NCBI GenBank assembly: GCA_040954595.2
Contig: CM082589.2
Coordinates: forward strand, 10,366,894 to 10,430,893
Length of the DNA: 64,000 nucleotides
Direction of reading: 5' to 3'
DNA from: Balanoglossus misakiensis
Lineage: Eukaryota; Animalia; Hemichordata
The position numbers and the translations under genes are program-made. The notes beneath the pieces are model-generated. The model was given only the letters and a program-made list of their open reading frames with translations. It had not been told where the DNA came from and ran no database searches. This document shows positions 35,401 through 47,000 of the stretch, in pieces (positions within the stretch are counted from its first letter, which is position 1; every line of letters starts with the position of its first letter).

Positions 35401-37106
35401 CGTGATTTTAATTTGACCTTCTCTTTCTCTCGGAATACAGGATTTTGACGCAGAGTTTGCTTGTGTGAGTTTAATTTCACCTTTTCTGTCTCTCGGAATA
35501 CAGGATTTTGACGCAGAGTGTAAATGCGTGATTTCAATTTGACCTTCTCTTTCTCTCGGAATACAGGATTTTGACGCAGAGTTTGCTTGTGTGAGTTTAA
35601 TTTCACCTTCTCTTTCTCTTGGAATGAAGGATTTTGACGCAGGATTTGTATGTGTGATTGCAATTTTTCCTTTTCTCTCTTTCTATATTGTGGGTTTGCA
35701 CGTATTGTTCTTTTTTGATATTGTTGAGATAACTTTTCTCTGTCTCTGTATTCTACATTCTGGCGCAATGTCTTTATATGTGCTTGCACTTTTGACTTTT
35801 CTCTCTCTTTGAAGTCAGGATTTTGTCTTTGTGCACATTTCCTCTCCTTGTCTCTCTTTCTTTCATTGGTTTTAAATGAAGGATCCTGTCTTTTCAACCG
35901 TTTGTATTCTCTGTCATATACCTTTCTTGATTTTCTTCTACATGAACCTGATGGAAGTGCATCAATGGTATTAGAAGTTTGCATACACTGTTTATTAGCT
36001 TGTAATTGTTTTTGTGACTCGAAATAGTTGTCTAACAGGTCTGAATGCCTTTGAGTCCGTTGATACAGTCTCTGAGAAGATGAACTCTCTATATGAATGG
36101 TTAATTCTTGAAGTTCATAAGGTGTCATGTTATTGAAGTTAAGGTTATGAAATAATGAATACAAATAGTTTGTTAAATCATTTAGAGTCGGAAAACTCAA
36201 TACCATACTTGAACCGTCAGAACATTGGAAACCATGTGAGTTTCGACTATGAGAATCAAATACGAAGTATTTGCCATCTGTTGCAGAAAGGGCCATGCTG
36301 TAGCCACCAAGTATTAACATAACTGAGTTACTAGAATTGAACATGTTAATCATAGCATCTCTGAACACCATACATCCTTGTTCATCATAGTCAGACATAC
36401 AGTCTAACATACCAAAGTACAGTCTTCCTTGTGTAATATTGAACTGCACAGAATTCATGTGAACAGTATTTGGCAATTCATCACACATTAGTATTTCAGA
36501 AAATAATTTATTACTTGCTCTGAGGTCATTTGTGGTTTTAATGTATAAATTATCACCAGCATGTAAAATGTGATCTAAGTCATTAGATGTCAATGTCATC
36601 TCTCTTTCTTTTGATATGCAAAGGAAAGCAAGGGCATTACAAGTACATTGTCTACCTCGTGAATTTATGCTGAAAATATCATTGCCTTGATGAAAACTAC
36701 CTTGGAGTACACTGTCTATTGTGTAACTTTCCCAGTGTAAAGTGTGACTATTGTGAGAGGAGTATAATTCTTGTTTGTCATGTGCATCATTTGCACTGTA
36801 GTATACACAAGAGGAATTTTGATTTGACACACTGGTCGAAGAATTCTTATTGAAGGTTGTAACTGATTGAGTGGCATTAAAACTTTTGATAATGGTACTT
36901 GAAGATGTAGACATATTATTGCTGTATGGTTCTATGCTTGACGATATTGATGTATTGTTATTGGCATTGCCGTACGAATCTGACTTCTTGAATGTTCCTT
37001 GTAGCACAGGGTGTTTTACTTTACTGGATCCACCCAAACCAGAATCAGACCCAGCTGATATGATTGGTCCATCAGCCTGTTTAAAAATAAACAAGATAAG
37101 CGACAA
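29475..37106 (-). CDS. Helentron RepHel polyprotein: tegument-like cysteine deubiquitinase, basic repeats, Cys-rich domain, HUH Rep, PIF1 helicase, APE endonuclease
   Basis: QGSFHQG..GRQCTCN..FDSHSR; CSSC..CNTC; VEFQQRGSPHIHML and YIVSYISK (HUH/Y2); GGAGTGKS, DEISMV, GDLFQL, TIHKSQG, YVAISR (PIF1); YQNARSL, AESRL, GDFN, SDH (APE). Confidence 0.95.
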   Translation of the reverse strand: MSLILFIFKQADGPIISAGSDSGLGGSSKVKHPVLQGTFKKSDSYGNANNNTSISSSIEPYSNNMSTSSSTIIKSFNATQSVTTFNKNSSTSVSNQNSSCVYYSANDAHDKQELYSSHNSHTLHWESYTIDSVLQGSFHQGNDIFSINSRGRQCTCNALAFLCISKEREMTLTSNDLDHILHAGDNLYIKTTNDLRASNKLFSEILMCDELPNTVHMNSVQFNITQGRLYFGMLDCMSDYDEQGCMVFRDAMINMFNSSNSVMLILGGYSMALSATDGKYFVFDSHSRNSHGFQCSDGSSMVLSFPTLNDLTNYLYSLFHNLNFNNMTPYELQELTIHIESSSSQRLYQRTQRHSDLLDNYFESQKQLQANKQCMQTSNTIDALPSGSCRRKSRKVYDREYKRLKRQDPSFKTNERKRDKERKCAQRQNPDFKEREKSKVQAHIKTLRQNVEYRDREKLSQQYQKRTIRANPQYRKREKEKLQSHIQILRQNPSFQEKEKVKLNSHKQTLRQNPVFREKEKVKLKSRIYTLRQNPVFRETEKVKLNSHKQTLRQNPVFREKEKVKLKSRINTLRQNPAFREKEKVKLNSHKQTLRQNPVFREKEKVKLKSRINTLRQNPAFREKEKVKLNSHKQTLRQNPAFREKEKVKLNSHKQTLRQNPAFREKEKVKFKAHIKTLRQNPAFREKEKPKLKEHIKSLRQNSTFRQNEKIQSQARIKTSRKSKTFKEHENKKQQIYRKMKRQDRNFRKKENLQKKFVKCSEKIQTFQIDKKQHVTHNGFSKHRGFETRQLCGESLQACINIFHRTVSQGPVYVCSSCHQTWFRKSVTPAAKLSERGIASKCLTAYTSVDNIEWVCNTCYRSISAGKIPRLSIANNVNFPDIPPQLQLHPLEERLIALRIPFMHMCSLPRGGQRSLSGPVVNIPTDITPTVNALPRMLDDSATIPVKLKRKLSYTRSEFTENIRPNKVMAALVWLMKNSVLYQNSGIPINHNWSQEFENTDNDMAVFIENTNTEQEQADDPESESDSDSDKFSEVDPAEGAVANMDTLLDDSDYRNQILTFAPGEGQRPLSLFNDTDAEYLAFPTIFCGQRRNIDQIHTSNVHYSDVCKWELRNVDRRVANSVPNMFFKVKKLQLKQISSKVHLALRRCKTEGRTYKVADLLNPERVSDLLRLDDGFYIFRDLRNSPPYLEKRKKDVFAMIRQLGLPTWFCSLSSADTKWIDLHQILGTLVDGKKYTADELKAMDWATKSRLLQSDPVTCARFFDHRIHEFINTVLRGPCDPLGKITDYFYRVEFQQRGSPHIHMLMWIENAPNYQQNTPTEVIDFIDIYVSCSSNVPSEMAEVLNLQTHKHSKTCRVKGKPVCRFGYPMPPMSETMILSPLNADPDEEQHYKQKYEEIKQKLDDMKEGKPISYDDFLSTELQISHDEYIKCIQSSLKTTTIFLKREPSDLRVNAYMKLLLSAWGANHDLQFVLDPYACAMYIVSYISKSQRGMSALLDQACKEARKGNMELKAQVRHIGNKFLNNVEISAQEAAYIILQLSLTKATRQVVFINTSPPDQRTFLLKSKTALENTPAESTDIESDNLIKRYARRPKALENWCLADYASKLRVTYSTKCTDNYPQDINDDDHDDPDLGVDSESDNMTSKINIILKNGMKIQERVNPCIIRYVNYSKKVDYENYCREKLLLYMPWRNESSDLLNSCATFQESYNHNKHIIAQTIDKYEHNSELIDQATTAAEQLDNDDLNAFDQIAPNTQHAERDDLEEGTTTPNDHFIYFQPDDQPEHTTYDIGVDIGMNTTVTTDDTSNVPGRIPDEQYHKLVRSLNVKQREIFHHVLKSVKTNHDPMHIFITGGAGTGKSVVIRAIYQALHRYLCSIAGESPLDCRLLLCAPTGKAAYHINGSTIHAAFKVPASQGYKYKPLDSDKLNTLRSKYQHLSVVIIDEISMVGHELLNFINLRLQQIKGNNQVFGGVSMITVGDLFQLKPVMDGWIFKDLTKEYGPLETNLWKEHFTMHELTQIMRQKDDEDFAQLLNRLREGRHTDEDISELQNYVISHDQPLNESIPHLYTTNAMVESHNDKVYQNATSHKLVVPALDTVIGDVSQQVKAQLLKTIPKDPSKTCGLLSQAPIAVGLRYDLTANVDVEDGMTNGASCVVQQIDHRMTGTSNNRPSIIWVQFDDKNVGLLRRHKYKHLHQPEIGKQLTPIFDIKRQFPTSKYYKHVSVMRIQFPLRPSAAKTIHKSQGDTLDKVIIHMGTRKIDHIHYVAISRVRTISGLQILELNKNKIAISEAVHNEMKRLRDDSQLQLCFKPLYALPHDHCKVVYQNARSLHKHFADLCSDHNIIAADVIGIAESRLTTNDTNEAYNLPNYLLFRNDQDVHIDNTAVNFTRPYHGLVLYVKDSYQVIHIKCHSTKVFEFIKANILIQNKLLQIIMIYKSPQCTIHTFKQQFQQYLLPLLDLTKPILIMGDFNFDILLPNTSTAFLHFMTSICNCRQLIKEETTDQHSALDLIFLNFFTTTYDTIENSWSDHKAVYAAIHPSQFT
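35040..35650 (-). repeat. 60-bp coding tandem repeat (20-aa HKQTLRQNPxFREKEKVKLN)
   Basis: About 10 near-perfect units with alternating variants (120-bp period), degenerating on both sides. Confidence 0.92.
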
Positions 37107-38152
37107 TTAGAAAATACAGTTACCTTTAATTTCCATCACATGTCCTTATTTGACCCCTGATGAGTACTATGACAATGAGAGCCAATGACAGGTCAATTTT
37201 GCGTCATATTCAAATTGGTTTTGTGTATATCATGTACATATAAGTACTATCACTAGTATTTACATTGCAAATGTGTTCAATTAAGCTTTTGTATAAATTT
37301 GTTGTAATTTCAATACATTTTGCAAAATTTAGCTACTTGCATAATATTTGTATATCACATGTGGACAAAGACATTGCACAAATTAGTAACATGGCTATTG
37401 TCACGCCACCTCATCAAAAACTACTAGCGGCACAGGGTTGGCCTGCCATAACATTGTCTTACACTCATGTTTCACAATCATTCGAAAGCTCATTGCAACA
37501 TTGAAATTATATCACCTACAAACCTCACCTTTCTACAAAGTTCCATATCAAATAAAACTTTCCCACATAAATCTTTTCCAGTTGAACCTTTTGAAACCAC
37601 ACACTTCACCTGACAAATTTAGTCTGGAAAGTTGAACGTACCCTCTATCTACTCTGAAACTACCAAGTTTAAAACAAACTTCAAAACTGGAAAAGGTTTG
37701 TGCCTATGACTTTTCCCATATAATTACATTGAGAATACCTAGAAAACTCACTTCTACTATTTCTATGAAATATTACACATAGCTCAATCAAATAGAAATA
37801 AATGCATCCATCAAATATCGTTTGGTCACTGTATTTTTTTTAGATAAACTTTACAAGTGTTTCGCCCATAGATACACCCTCACTGAATATGCTGACTCAG
37901 CAATTTTCCTCAATTATCAACAAAATTCATGGCCTTGTATTTCAAAAGCAAACGCAGTGACATGAGAAGCCAATAATCCAAAATTGAAGACATAACGTTA
38001 CTTTCGATTTTACTGATCATTACGGACTAGCTGCTAAAAGCCTACCCTGCGACCAAACAGTGATGTTGACCAACTTTCCCCTGCTCAAATGAAGAACTCC
38101 TTTTCCTGTTTACAAGTATGTACAATTTTATAGTATGCAAATACACACATAC

Positions 38153-38197
38153 CGATTTTTTCACAGCTGATTTTCTCCAATTCTTTTTCCTTGGCAT
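38153..38197 (-). CDS. Candidate first coding exon of RepHel (MPRKKNWRKSAVKKS)
   Basis: ATG at 38197 and donor gtatgt at 38152 are in phase 0 with the acceptor tttttaaacag|gct at 37076. The long ORF has no ATG at its start. Confidence 0.5.
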
Positions 38198-39541
38198 AAT
38201 TCTGACCTTAGTAGCAAAAGACAAGAATGTGATAATATCAATAACAGCATTTTAACATCATTGGTTAGACAACTTGAAACTGCCTAGATAATATGCAAGT
38301 AAAAGCCTGGCAAAAATGTAACATGTACAATTGCTTAATTTTAACATACTCACACAACATATATTTCCATCATTTTTATAGGAGTAATTGAAACTACAAC
38401 ATCAATATGACCATCACATGTTCTAGGACTTCCAAAATAGAGAAACACTATGAAAAACTTCAGCTGAAAAATAGAATATGTAATATAATTACCTGCAATT
38501 TGATAAAAAGTGATTCTTCAAGAGCTGGTTAAGTCTCTAACTGTTCCAAAACAATGACAGGAAGTGGCTGCTCATTAGGCTGTTCCTGGCACTGCCACTA
38601 CTCCCTCACATTGCTGGCAACAGTAGCTTGATACTTTGGGGTTCAAAGTCAGCAGATAACAGCCAAGAATTTGGAATCCGCAATTACAGCATAGGGTATA
38701 CTGGCACCGCCTTACGTTGAGAGGTTTGTCAACAATAATATAGTGCAATAGTGCAAACAATATGTTTAGATAGCAACAGATCTAAAGTTATTACAATAAT
38801 GCCAACACATGTTTTGAGCTACTCCTGTGTGTTCTTTCAACTACAGAAAATCAAGCAGTCTTTCCAATGCTGCTACACCTACATAAGTATGGTGTGTGCT
38901 ACACTGCCCCAAGGTTATTTCGATACACAAATATAACTGTGACATAATCAGCTCATGTACACTCTAGGAGAGATTGCACTTAGGACTGGGTGTATCAGGG
39001 AATAGATTACACAAAAACGATGAAACAGAAAGGCAAACAGCTAAAATGGACAAACCAAAGTGTCCTCATGTAAAGAGTACCTTTCAAAGCACTGGATTTG
39101 TTCATAGAGGCAAAACCAGAAATATGCAAATATCCACAGCACAGTACAATGTCTTACTTCAGTCACCATAAGAAATATGCCTACAACATGCACAGCAATC
39201 TGCCAAGTGGATTCATAGAAACCAATTTTTGGCAAAAAATTGCAAAAAATGCACCAAGAACACAATTATGGGAATGTCACCATACTTTCACGACACCTTA
39301 ACTTGAAATGAATTTTGACCAAATATCCCCAAAATTACAAATATGCAAATTATGCAACAAATTGCCCCAAAATGACCTCAATTGCCTTTCAGTATACCAA
39401 GCTTCATTCTAAATTTTAAAGCCATTGACCCATAACTTTCAGAAAAATTTGTTTTCACCTAAAATATTGACAAAGACGAAAAAATTCATAAAAAATAAAA
39501 CATCCATGATATCAACTGAACACTTACATGTCGGTCACAGG

Positions 39542-40490
39542 CTTTTCAATTTCAGTCCCAACCCTCCAAACGCGAAGTCTGTACCTGCTCTGGATGCCAA
39601 GATATGATAAAGTAGGTCAAAGGTCACCTGAGGTCATGCAAAATTTGGGCAAGAAATTTTGACCTAATACTAGTCCATGTTCAATAAAAACCAAACCTAT
39701 AGCCTTATTGGTTAGCCTGGAATTAGGTATGCACATAATTAATGAGATATGCAGGTGTCACAGGTGACCCCCAATTGCGGCTTTTCAATTTTAGTGCCAA
39801 CCCTCCAAACGCCAAGTCTGTACCTGCTCTGGATGTCAAGATATGGTAATGTAGGTCAAAGGTCACCTGAGGTCATGCAAAATTTGGGCAAGAAATTTTG
39901 ACCCTATACTGGTCCATGTTCAACAAAAACCGAACCTATAGCCTTATTGGTTAGCCTGGAATTAGGTATGCACATAATTAATGAGATATGCAGGTGTCAC
40001 AGGTGACCCCCAATTGCGGCTTTTCAATTTTAGTCCCAACCCTCCAAACGCCAAGTCTGTGCCTGCTCTGGATGTCAAGATTTGGTAATGTAGGTCAAAG
40101 GTCACCTGAGGTCATGCAAAATTTGGGCAAGAAATTTTGACCCTATACTGGTCCATGTTCAACAAAAACCGAACCTATAGCCTTATTGGTTAGCCTGGAA
40201 TTAGGTATGCACATAATTAATGAGATATGCAGGTGTCACAGGTGACCCCCAATTTCGGCTTTTCAATTTCAGTCCCAACCCTCCAAACGCCAACTCTGTA
40301 CCTGCTCTGGATGCCGAGATATAGGAAAGTAGGTCAAAGGTCACCTGAGGTCACCCAAAATTTGGGCAAGAAATGTTGACCCTATACTGGTCCATGTCCC
40401 ACCAGAACAAAACCTCTAGCCCTATTAGTTAGCCCGGAATTAGGTATGCACATAATTAATGTGTTAAGCAGGTGTTACAGGTGAGCCCAA
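39542..40490. repeat. 239-bp tandem repeat (~4 copies) inside the Helentron 5' region
   Basis: cttttcaattt..ccaaccctccaaacgc recurs at ~39542, 39781, 40020 and 40259. Confidence 0.93.
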
Positions 40491-40921
40491 AAATTTCCCT
40501 TTTATTTTGGCCCCATTGTGCTCACTGACCAATAGACAATCACTGTACAGGACTATTGCACAGACCAGAATCCCACAATAAGACGTGGACATAGCTTAAC
40601 CATAGAGGTATAAGTAAAGGTATAAATTTAATAAAAAGACTAAAAAATCTTTAAAAATAAAACATCCATGATATCAACTTAACACTAAAAGGTCGGTGTG
40701 AGGTTGACATATGGTACATGCATACCAATTTTCAAAGCAATCTGACCAGTAATTGTTGACTTACAGAGTTTTGATCAATTCCACATTTTACCAGCTAATT
40801 TGCATATTTTTGGGCCTGGCAACTTCGTTTGGACAAACTCCAATCTACAGCCCAGCCTGCACCTACACACCAAATATTGAGGTGATACGCGCAGCGGTTT
40901 TCAAGTTTTTGATGTGGACGG

Positions 40922-40972
40922 ACATACATCCATACATCCATACATCCATACATCCATCCATACATACATACA
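40922..40972. repeat. (CATC/CATA)n microsatellite next to the Helentron 5' core
   Basis: acatacatccatacatccatacatcc... Confidence 0.9.
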
Positions 40973-41027
40973 GACGCAACCCATCCCATAAGGTCCCATG
41001 GTATATAGGCCTATACCAATGGGACCT

Positions 41028-44000
41028 AAAAAATGACAAATTTTTGACTGCAAAATCTCAAAATTTCGTCCATTTTTGAAAAAAAATCATGGGTAAAAAT
41101 CATCAAAAAATGACAAATTTTCGACTGCAAAATCTCAACATTTCGTCGATTTTTGAAAAAAATCATGGGTGAAAATCATCAAAAAATGACAAATTTTCGA
41201 CTTTGCAAAATCTCAAAATTTCGTCGATTTTTGAAAAAAAATCATAGGTGAAAATCATCAAAAAATGACAAAATTTTCGAGTTTGCAAAATCACAAAATT
41301 TCGTCGATTTTGAAAAAAATCATAGGTTCGTCGATTTTTTTTAAAAAAACATGGGTGAAAATCATCAAAAAATGACAAATTTTCGACTTTGCAAAATCTC
41401 AAAATTTCATCAATTTTTGAAAAAATCATGGGTGAAAATCATCAAAAAATGACAAAACTTTCGACTTTGCAAAATCTCAAAATTTCGTCGATTTTTGAAA
41501 AAAAATCATGGTTGAAAATCATCAAAAAATGACAAAATTTTCGAGTTTGCAAAATCACACAATTTCGTCGATTTTGAAAAAAATCATAGGTTCGTCGATT
41601 TTTTTAAAAAAAACATGGGTGAAAATCATCAAAAAATGACAAATTTTTGACTTTGCAAAATCTCAAAATTTCGTCGATTTTTGAAAAAAATCATTGGGGA
41701 AAATCATCAAAAAATGACAAATTTTCGACTTTGCAAAATCTCAAAATTTCGTCGATTTTTGAAAAAATCATGGGTGAAAATCATCAAAAAATGACAAATT
41801 TTCGACTTTGCAAAATCTCAAAATTTCGTCGATTTTGAAAAAAATCATGGGTTCGTCGATTTTTGAAAAAAAATCATGGGTGAAAATCATCAAAAAATTA
41901 CAAATTTTCGACTTTGCAAAATCTCAAAATTTTGTCGATTTTTGAAAAAAAATCATGGGTTCGTTGATTTTTGAAAAAAAACATGGGTGAAAATCATCAA
42001 AAAATTACAAATTTTCGAATTTGCAAAATCTCAACATTTCGTCGATTTTTGAAAAAAATCATAGGTGAAAATCATCAAAAAATGACAAATTTTCGACTTT
42101 GCAAAAGCTCAAAATTTCGTCCATTTTTGAAAAAAAATCATGGGTAAAAATCATCAAAAAATGACAAATTTTCGACTGCAAAATCTCAACATTTCGTCGA
42201 TTTTTGAAAAAAATCATGGGTGAAAATCATCAAAAAATGACAAATTTTCGACTTTGCAAAATCTCAAAATTTCGTCGATTTTTGAAAAAAAATCATAGGT
42301 GAAAATCATCAAAAAATGACAAAATTTTCGAGTTTGCAAAATCACAAAATTTCGTCGATTTTGAAAAAAATCATAGGTTCGTCGATTTTTTTTAAAAAAA
42401 CATGGGTGAAAATCATCAAAAAATGACAAATTTTCGACTTTGCAAAATCTCAAAATTTCGTCGATTTTTGAAAAAAATCATTGGGGAAAATAATCAAAAA
42501 ATGACAAATTTTCGACTTTGCAAAATCTCAAAATTTCGTCGATTTTTGAAAAAAATCATTGGGGAAAATCATCAAAAAATGACAAATTTTCGACTTTGCA
42601 AAATCTCAAAATTTCGTCGATTTTTGAAAAAAAATAATGGTTGAAAATCATCAAAAAATGACAAATTTTCGACTTTGCAAAATCTCAAAATTTCGTCGAT
42701 TTTTGAAAGAAAATAATGGTTGAAAATCATCAAAAAATGTCAAATTTTCGACTTTGCAAAATCTCAAAATTTCGTCGATTTTGAAAAAAATCATAGGTTC
42801 GTCGATTTTTTAAAAAAAAACATGGGTGAAAATCATCAAAAAATGACAAATTTTCGACTTTGCAAAATCTCAAAATTTCGTCGATTTTTGAAAAAAATCA
42901 TTGGGGAAAATCGTCAAAAAATGACAAATTTTCGACTTTGCAAAATCTCAAAATTTCGTCGATTTTTGAAAAAAAATAATGGTTGAAAATCATCAAAAAA
43001 TGACAAATTTTCGACTTTGCAAAATCTCAAAATTTCGTCGATTTTGAAAAAAATCATGGGTTCGTCGATTTTTTAAAAACAACATTGGTGAAAATCATCA
43101 AAAAATGACAAATTTTCGACTTTGCAAAATCTCAAAATTTCGTCGATTTTTAAAAAAAAATCATGGATGAAAATCATCAACAAATGACAAATTTGCGACT
43201 TTGCAAAATCTCAAAATTTCGTCGATTTTTGAAAAAAATCATGGGTGAAAATCATCAAAAAATGACAAATTTTCGACTTTGCAAAATCTCAACATTTCGT
43301 CGATTTTTGAAAAAAATCATAGGTGAAAATCATCAAAAAATGACAAAATTTCGACTTTGAAAAAGCTCAAAATTTCGTCCATTTTTGAAAAAAAATCATG
43401 GGTAAAAATCATCAAAAAATGACAAATTTACGACTGTAAAATCTCAACATTTCGTCGATTTTTGAAAAAAATCATGGGTGAAAATCATCAAAAAATGACA
43501 AATTTTCGACTTTGCAAAATCTCAACATTTCGTCGATTTTTGAAAAAAATCATAGGTGAAAATCATCAAAAAATGACAAATTTTTGACTGCAAAATCTCA
43601 AAATTTCGTCGATTTTTGAAAAAAAACATGGGGGAAAATCATTAAAAAATGACAAATTTTCGACTGCAAAATCTCAACATTTCGTCGATTTTTGAAAAAA
43701 ATCATGGGTGAAAATCATCAAAAAATGACAAATTTTCGACTTTGCAAAATCTCAACATTTCGTCCATTTTTGAAAAAAATCATAGGTGAAAATCATCAAA
43801 AAATGACAAATTTTCGACTTTGCAAATGCTCAAAATTTCGTCCATTTTTGAAAAAAAATCATGGGTAAAAATCATCAAAAATGACAAATTTTCGACTGCA
43901 AAATCTCAACATTTCGTCGATTTTTGAAAAAAATCATGGGTGAAAATCATCAAAAAATGACAAATTTTCGACTTTGCAAAAACTCAACATTTCGTCGATT

Positions 44001-47000
44001 TTTGAAAAAAATCATGGGTGAAAATCATCAAAAAATGACAAATTTTCGACTTTGCAAATGCTCAAAATTTCGTCCATTTTTGAAAAAAAATCATGGGTAA
44101 AAATCATCAAAAATGACAAATTTTCGACTGCAAAATCTCAACATTTCGTCGATTTTTGAAAAAAATCATGGGTGAAAATCATCAAAAAATGACAAATTTT
44201 CGACTTTGCAAAATCTCAACATTTCGTCGATTTTTGAAAAAAATCATGGGTGAAAATCATCAAAAAATGACAAATTTTCGACTTTGCAAAATCTCAACAT
44301 TTCGTCGATTTTTGAAAAAAATCATGGGTGAAAATCATCAAAAAATGACAAATTTTCGACTTTGCAAAATCTCAAAATTTCGTCAATTTATGAAAAAATC
44401 ATGGGTGAAAATCATCAAAAAATGACAAATTTTCGTCTTTGCAAAATCTCAAAATTTCGTCGGTTTTTGAAAAATAATATGGGTGAAAATCATCAAAAAA
44501 TGACAAATTTTTGACTGCAAAATCTCAAAATTTCGTCGATTTTTGAAAAAAAACATGGGGGAAAACCATCAAAAAATGACAAATTTTCGACTGCAAAATC
44601 TCAACATTTCGTCGATTTTTGAAAAAAATCATGGGTGAAAATCATCAAAAAATGACAAATTTTCGACTTTGCAAAAACTCAACATTTCGTCGATTTTTGA
44701 AAAAAATCATGGGTGAAAATCATCAAAAAATGACAAATTTTCGACTTTGCAAATGCTCAAAATTTCGTCCATTTTTGAAAAAAAATCATGGGTAAAAATC
44801 ATCAAAAATGACAAATTTTCGACTGCAAAATCTCAACATTTCGTCGATTTTTGAAAAAAATCATGGGTGAAAATCATCAAAAAATGACAAATTTTCGACT
44901 TTGCAAAATCTCAACATTTCGTCGATTTTTGAAAAAAATCATGGGTGAAAATCATCAAAAAATGACAAATTTTCGACTTTGCAAAATCTCAACATTTCGT
45001 CGATTTTTGAAAAAAATCATGGGTGAAAATCATCAAAAAATGACAAATTTTCGACTTTGCAAAATCTCAAAATTTCGTCAATTTATGAAAAAATCATGGG
45101 TGAAAATCATCAAAAAATGACAAATTTTCGTCTTTGCAAAATCTCAAAATTTCGTCGATTTTTGAAAAAAATCATAGGTGAAAATAATAAAAAAAATGAC
45201 AAATTTTCGACTTTGCAAAAGCTCAAAATTTCGTCCATTTTTGAAAAAAAATCATGGGTAAAAATCATCAAAAAAATGACAAATTTACGACTGTAAAATC
45301 TCAACATTTCGTCGATTTTTGAAAAAAATCATGGGTGAAAATCATCAAAAAATGACAAATTTTCGACTTTGCAAAATCTCAACATTTCGTCGATTTTTGA
45401 AAAAAATCATAGGTGAAAATCATCAAAAAATGACAAATTTTTGACTGCAAAATCTCAAAATTTCGTCGATTTTTGAAAAAAAACATGGGGGAAAATCATT
45501 AAAAATGACAAATTTTCGACTGCAAAATCTCAACATTTCGTCGATTTTTGAAAAAAATCATGGGTGAAAATCATCAAAAAATGACAAATTTTCGACTTTG
45601 CAAAATCTCAACATTTCGTCGATTTTGGAAAAAAATCATAGGTGAAAATCATCAAAAAATGACAAATTTTCGACTTTGCAAATGCTCAACATTTCGTCGA
45701 TTTTTGAAAAAAATCATGGGTGAAAATCATCAAAAAATGACAAATTTTCGACTTTGCAAAATCTCAACATTTCGTCGATTTTTGAAAAAAATCATGGGTG
45801 AAAATCATCAAAAAATGACAAATTTTCGACTTTGCAAAATCTCAAAATTTCGTCAATTTATGAAAAAATCATGGGTGAAAATCATCAAAAAATGACAAAT
45901 TTTCGTCTTTGCAAAATCTCAAAATTTCGTCGATTTTTGAAAAAAATCATAGGTGAAAATAATAAAAAAATGACAAATTTTCGACTTTGCAAAAGCTCAA
46001 AATTTCGTCCATTTTTGAAAAAAAATCATGGGTAAAAATCATCAAAAAATGACAAATTTACGACTGTAAAATCTCAACATTTCGTCGATTTTTGAAAAAA
46101 ATCATGGGTGAAAATCATCAAAAAATGACAAATTTTCGACTTTGCAAAATCTCAACATTTCGTCGATTTTTGAAAAAAATCATAGGTGAAAATCATCAAA
46201 AAATGACAAATTTTTGACTGCAAAATCTCAAAATTTCGTCGATTTTTGAAAAAAAACATGGGGGAAAATCATTAAAAAATGACAAATTTTCGACTGCAAA
46301 ATCTCAACATTTCGTCGATTTTTGAAAAAAATCATGGGTGAAAATCATCAAAAAATGACAAATTTTCGACTTTGCAAAATCTCAACATTTCGTCGATTTT
46401 TGAAAAAAATCATAGGTGAAAATCATCAAAAAATGACAAATTTTCGACTTTGCAAATGCTCAAAATTTCGTCCATTTTTGAAAAAAAATCATGGGTAAAA
46501 ATCATCAAAAATGACAAATTTTCGACTGCAAAATCTCAACATTTCGTCGATTTTTGAAAAAAATCATGGGTGAAAATCATCAAAAAATGACAAATTTTCG
46601 ACTTTGCAAAAACTCAACATTTCGTCGATTTTTGAAAAAAATCATGGGTGAAAATCATCAAAAAATGACAAATTTTCGACTTTGCAAATGCTCAAAATTT
46701 CGTCCATTTTTGAAAAAAAATCATGGGTAAAAATCATCAAAAATGACAAATTTTCGACTGCAAAATCTCAACATTTCGTCGATTTTTGAAAAAAATCATA
46801 GGTGAAAATCATCAAAAAATGACAAATTTTCGACTTTGCAAAATCTCAACATTTCGTCGATTTTTGAAAAAAATCATGGGTGAAAATCATCAAAAAATGA
46901 CAAATTTTCGACTTTGCAAAATCTCAACATTTCGTCGATTTTTGAAAAAAATCATGGGTGAAAATCATCAAAAAATGACAAATTTTCGACTTTGCAAAAT

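Larger units (their letters stand above)
24523..41027 (-). mobile_element. Autonomous Helentron (endonuclease-bearing Helitron), ~16.5 kb
   Basis: 5' end TT-aggtcccatt...atgggacct hairpin (40991-41027). 3' subTIR aatgggacc plus agtgtc-ctt-gacgct hairpin and T run (24518-24549). Contains the Rep-Hel-EN ORF. Inserted in a T run. Confidence 0.92.

Noticed and set aside
38042-38152. 47-nt intron to an exon at 38105
   Set aside because: It is very short and leads to an immediate in-frame stop.
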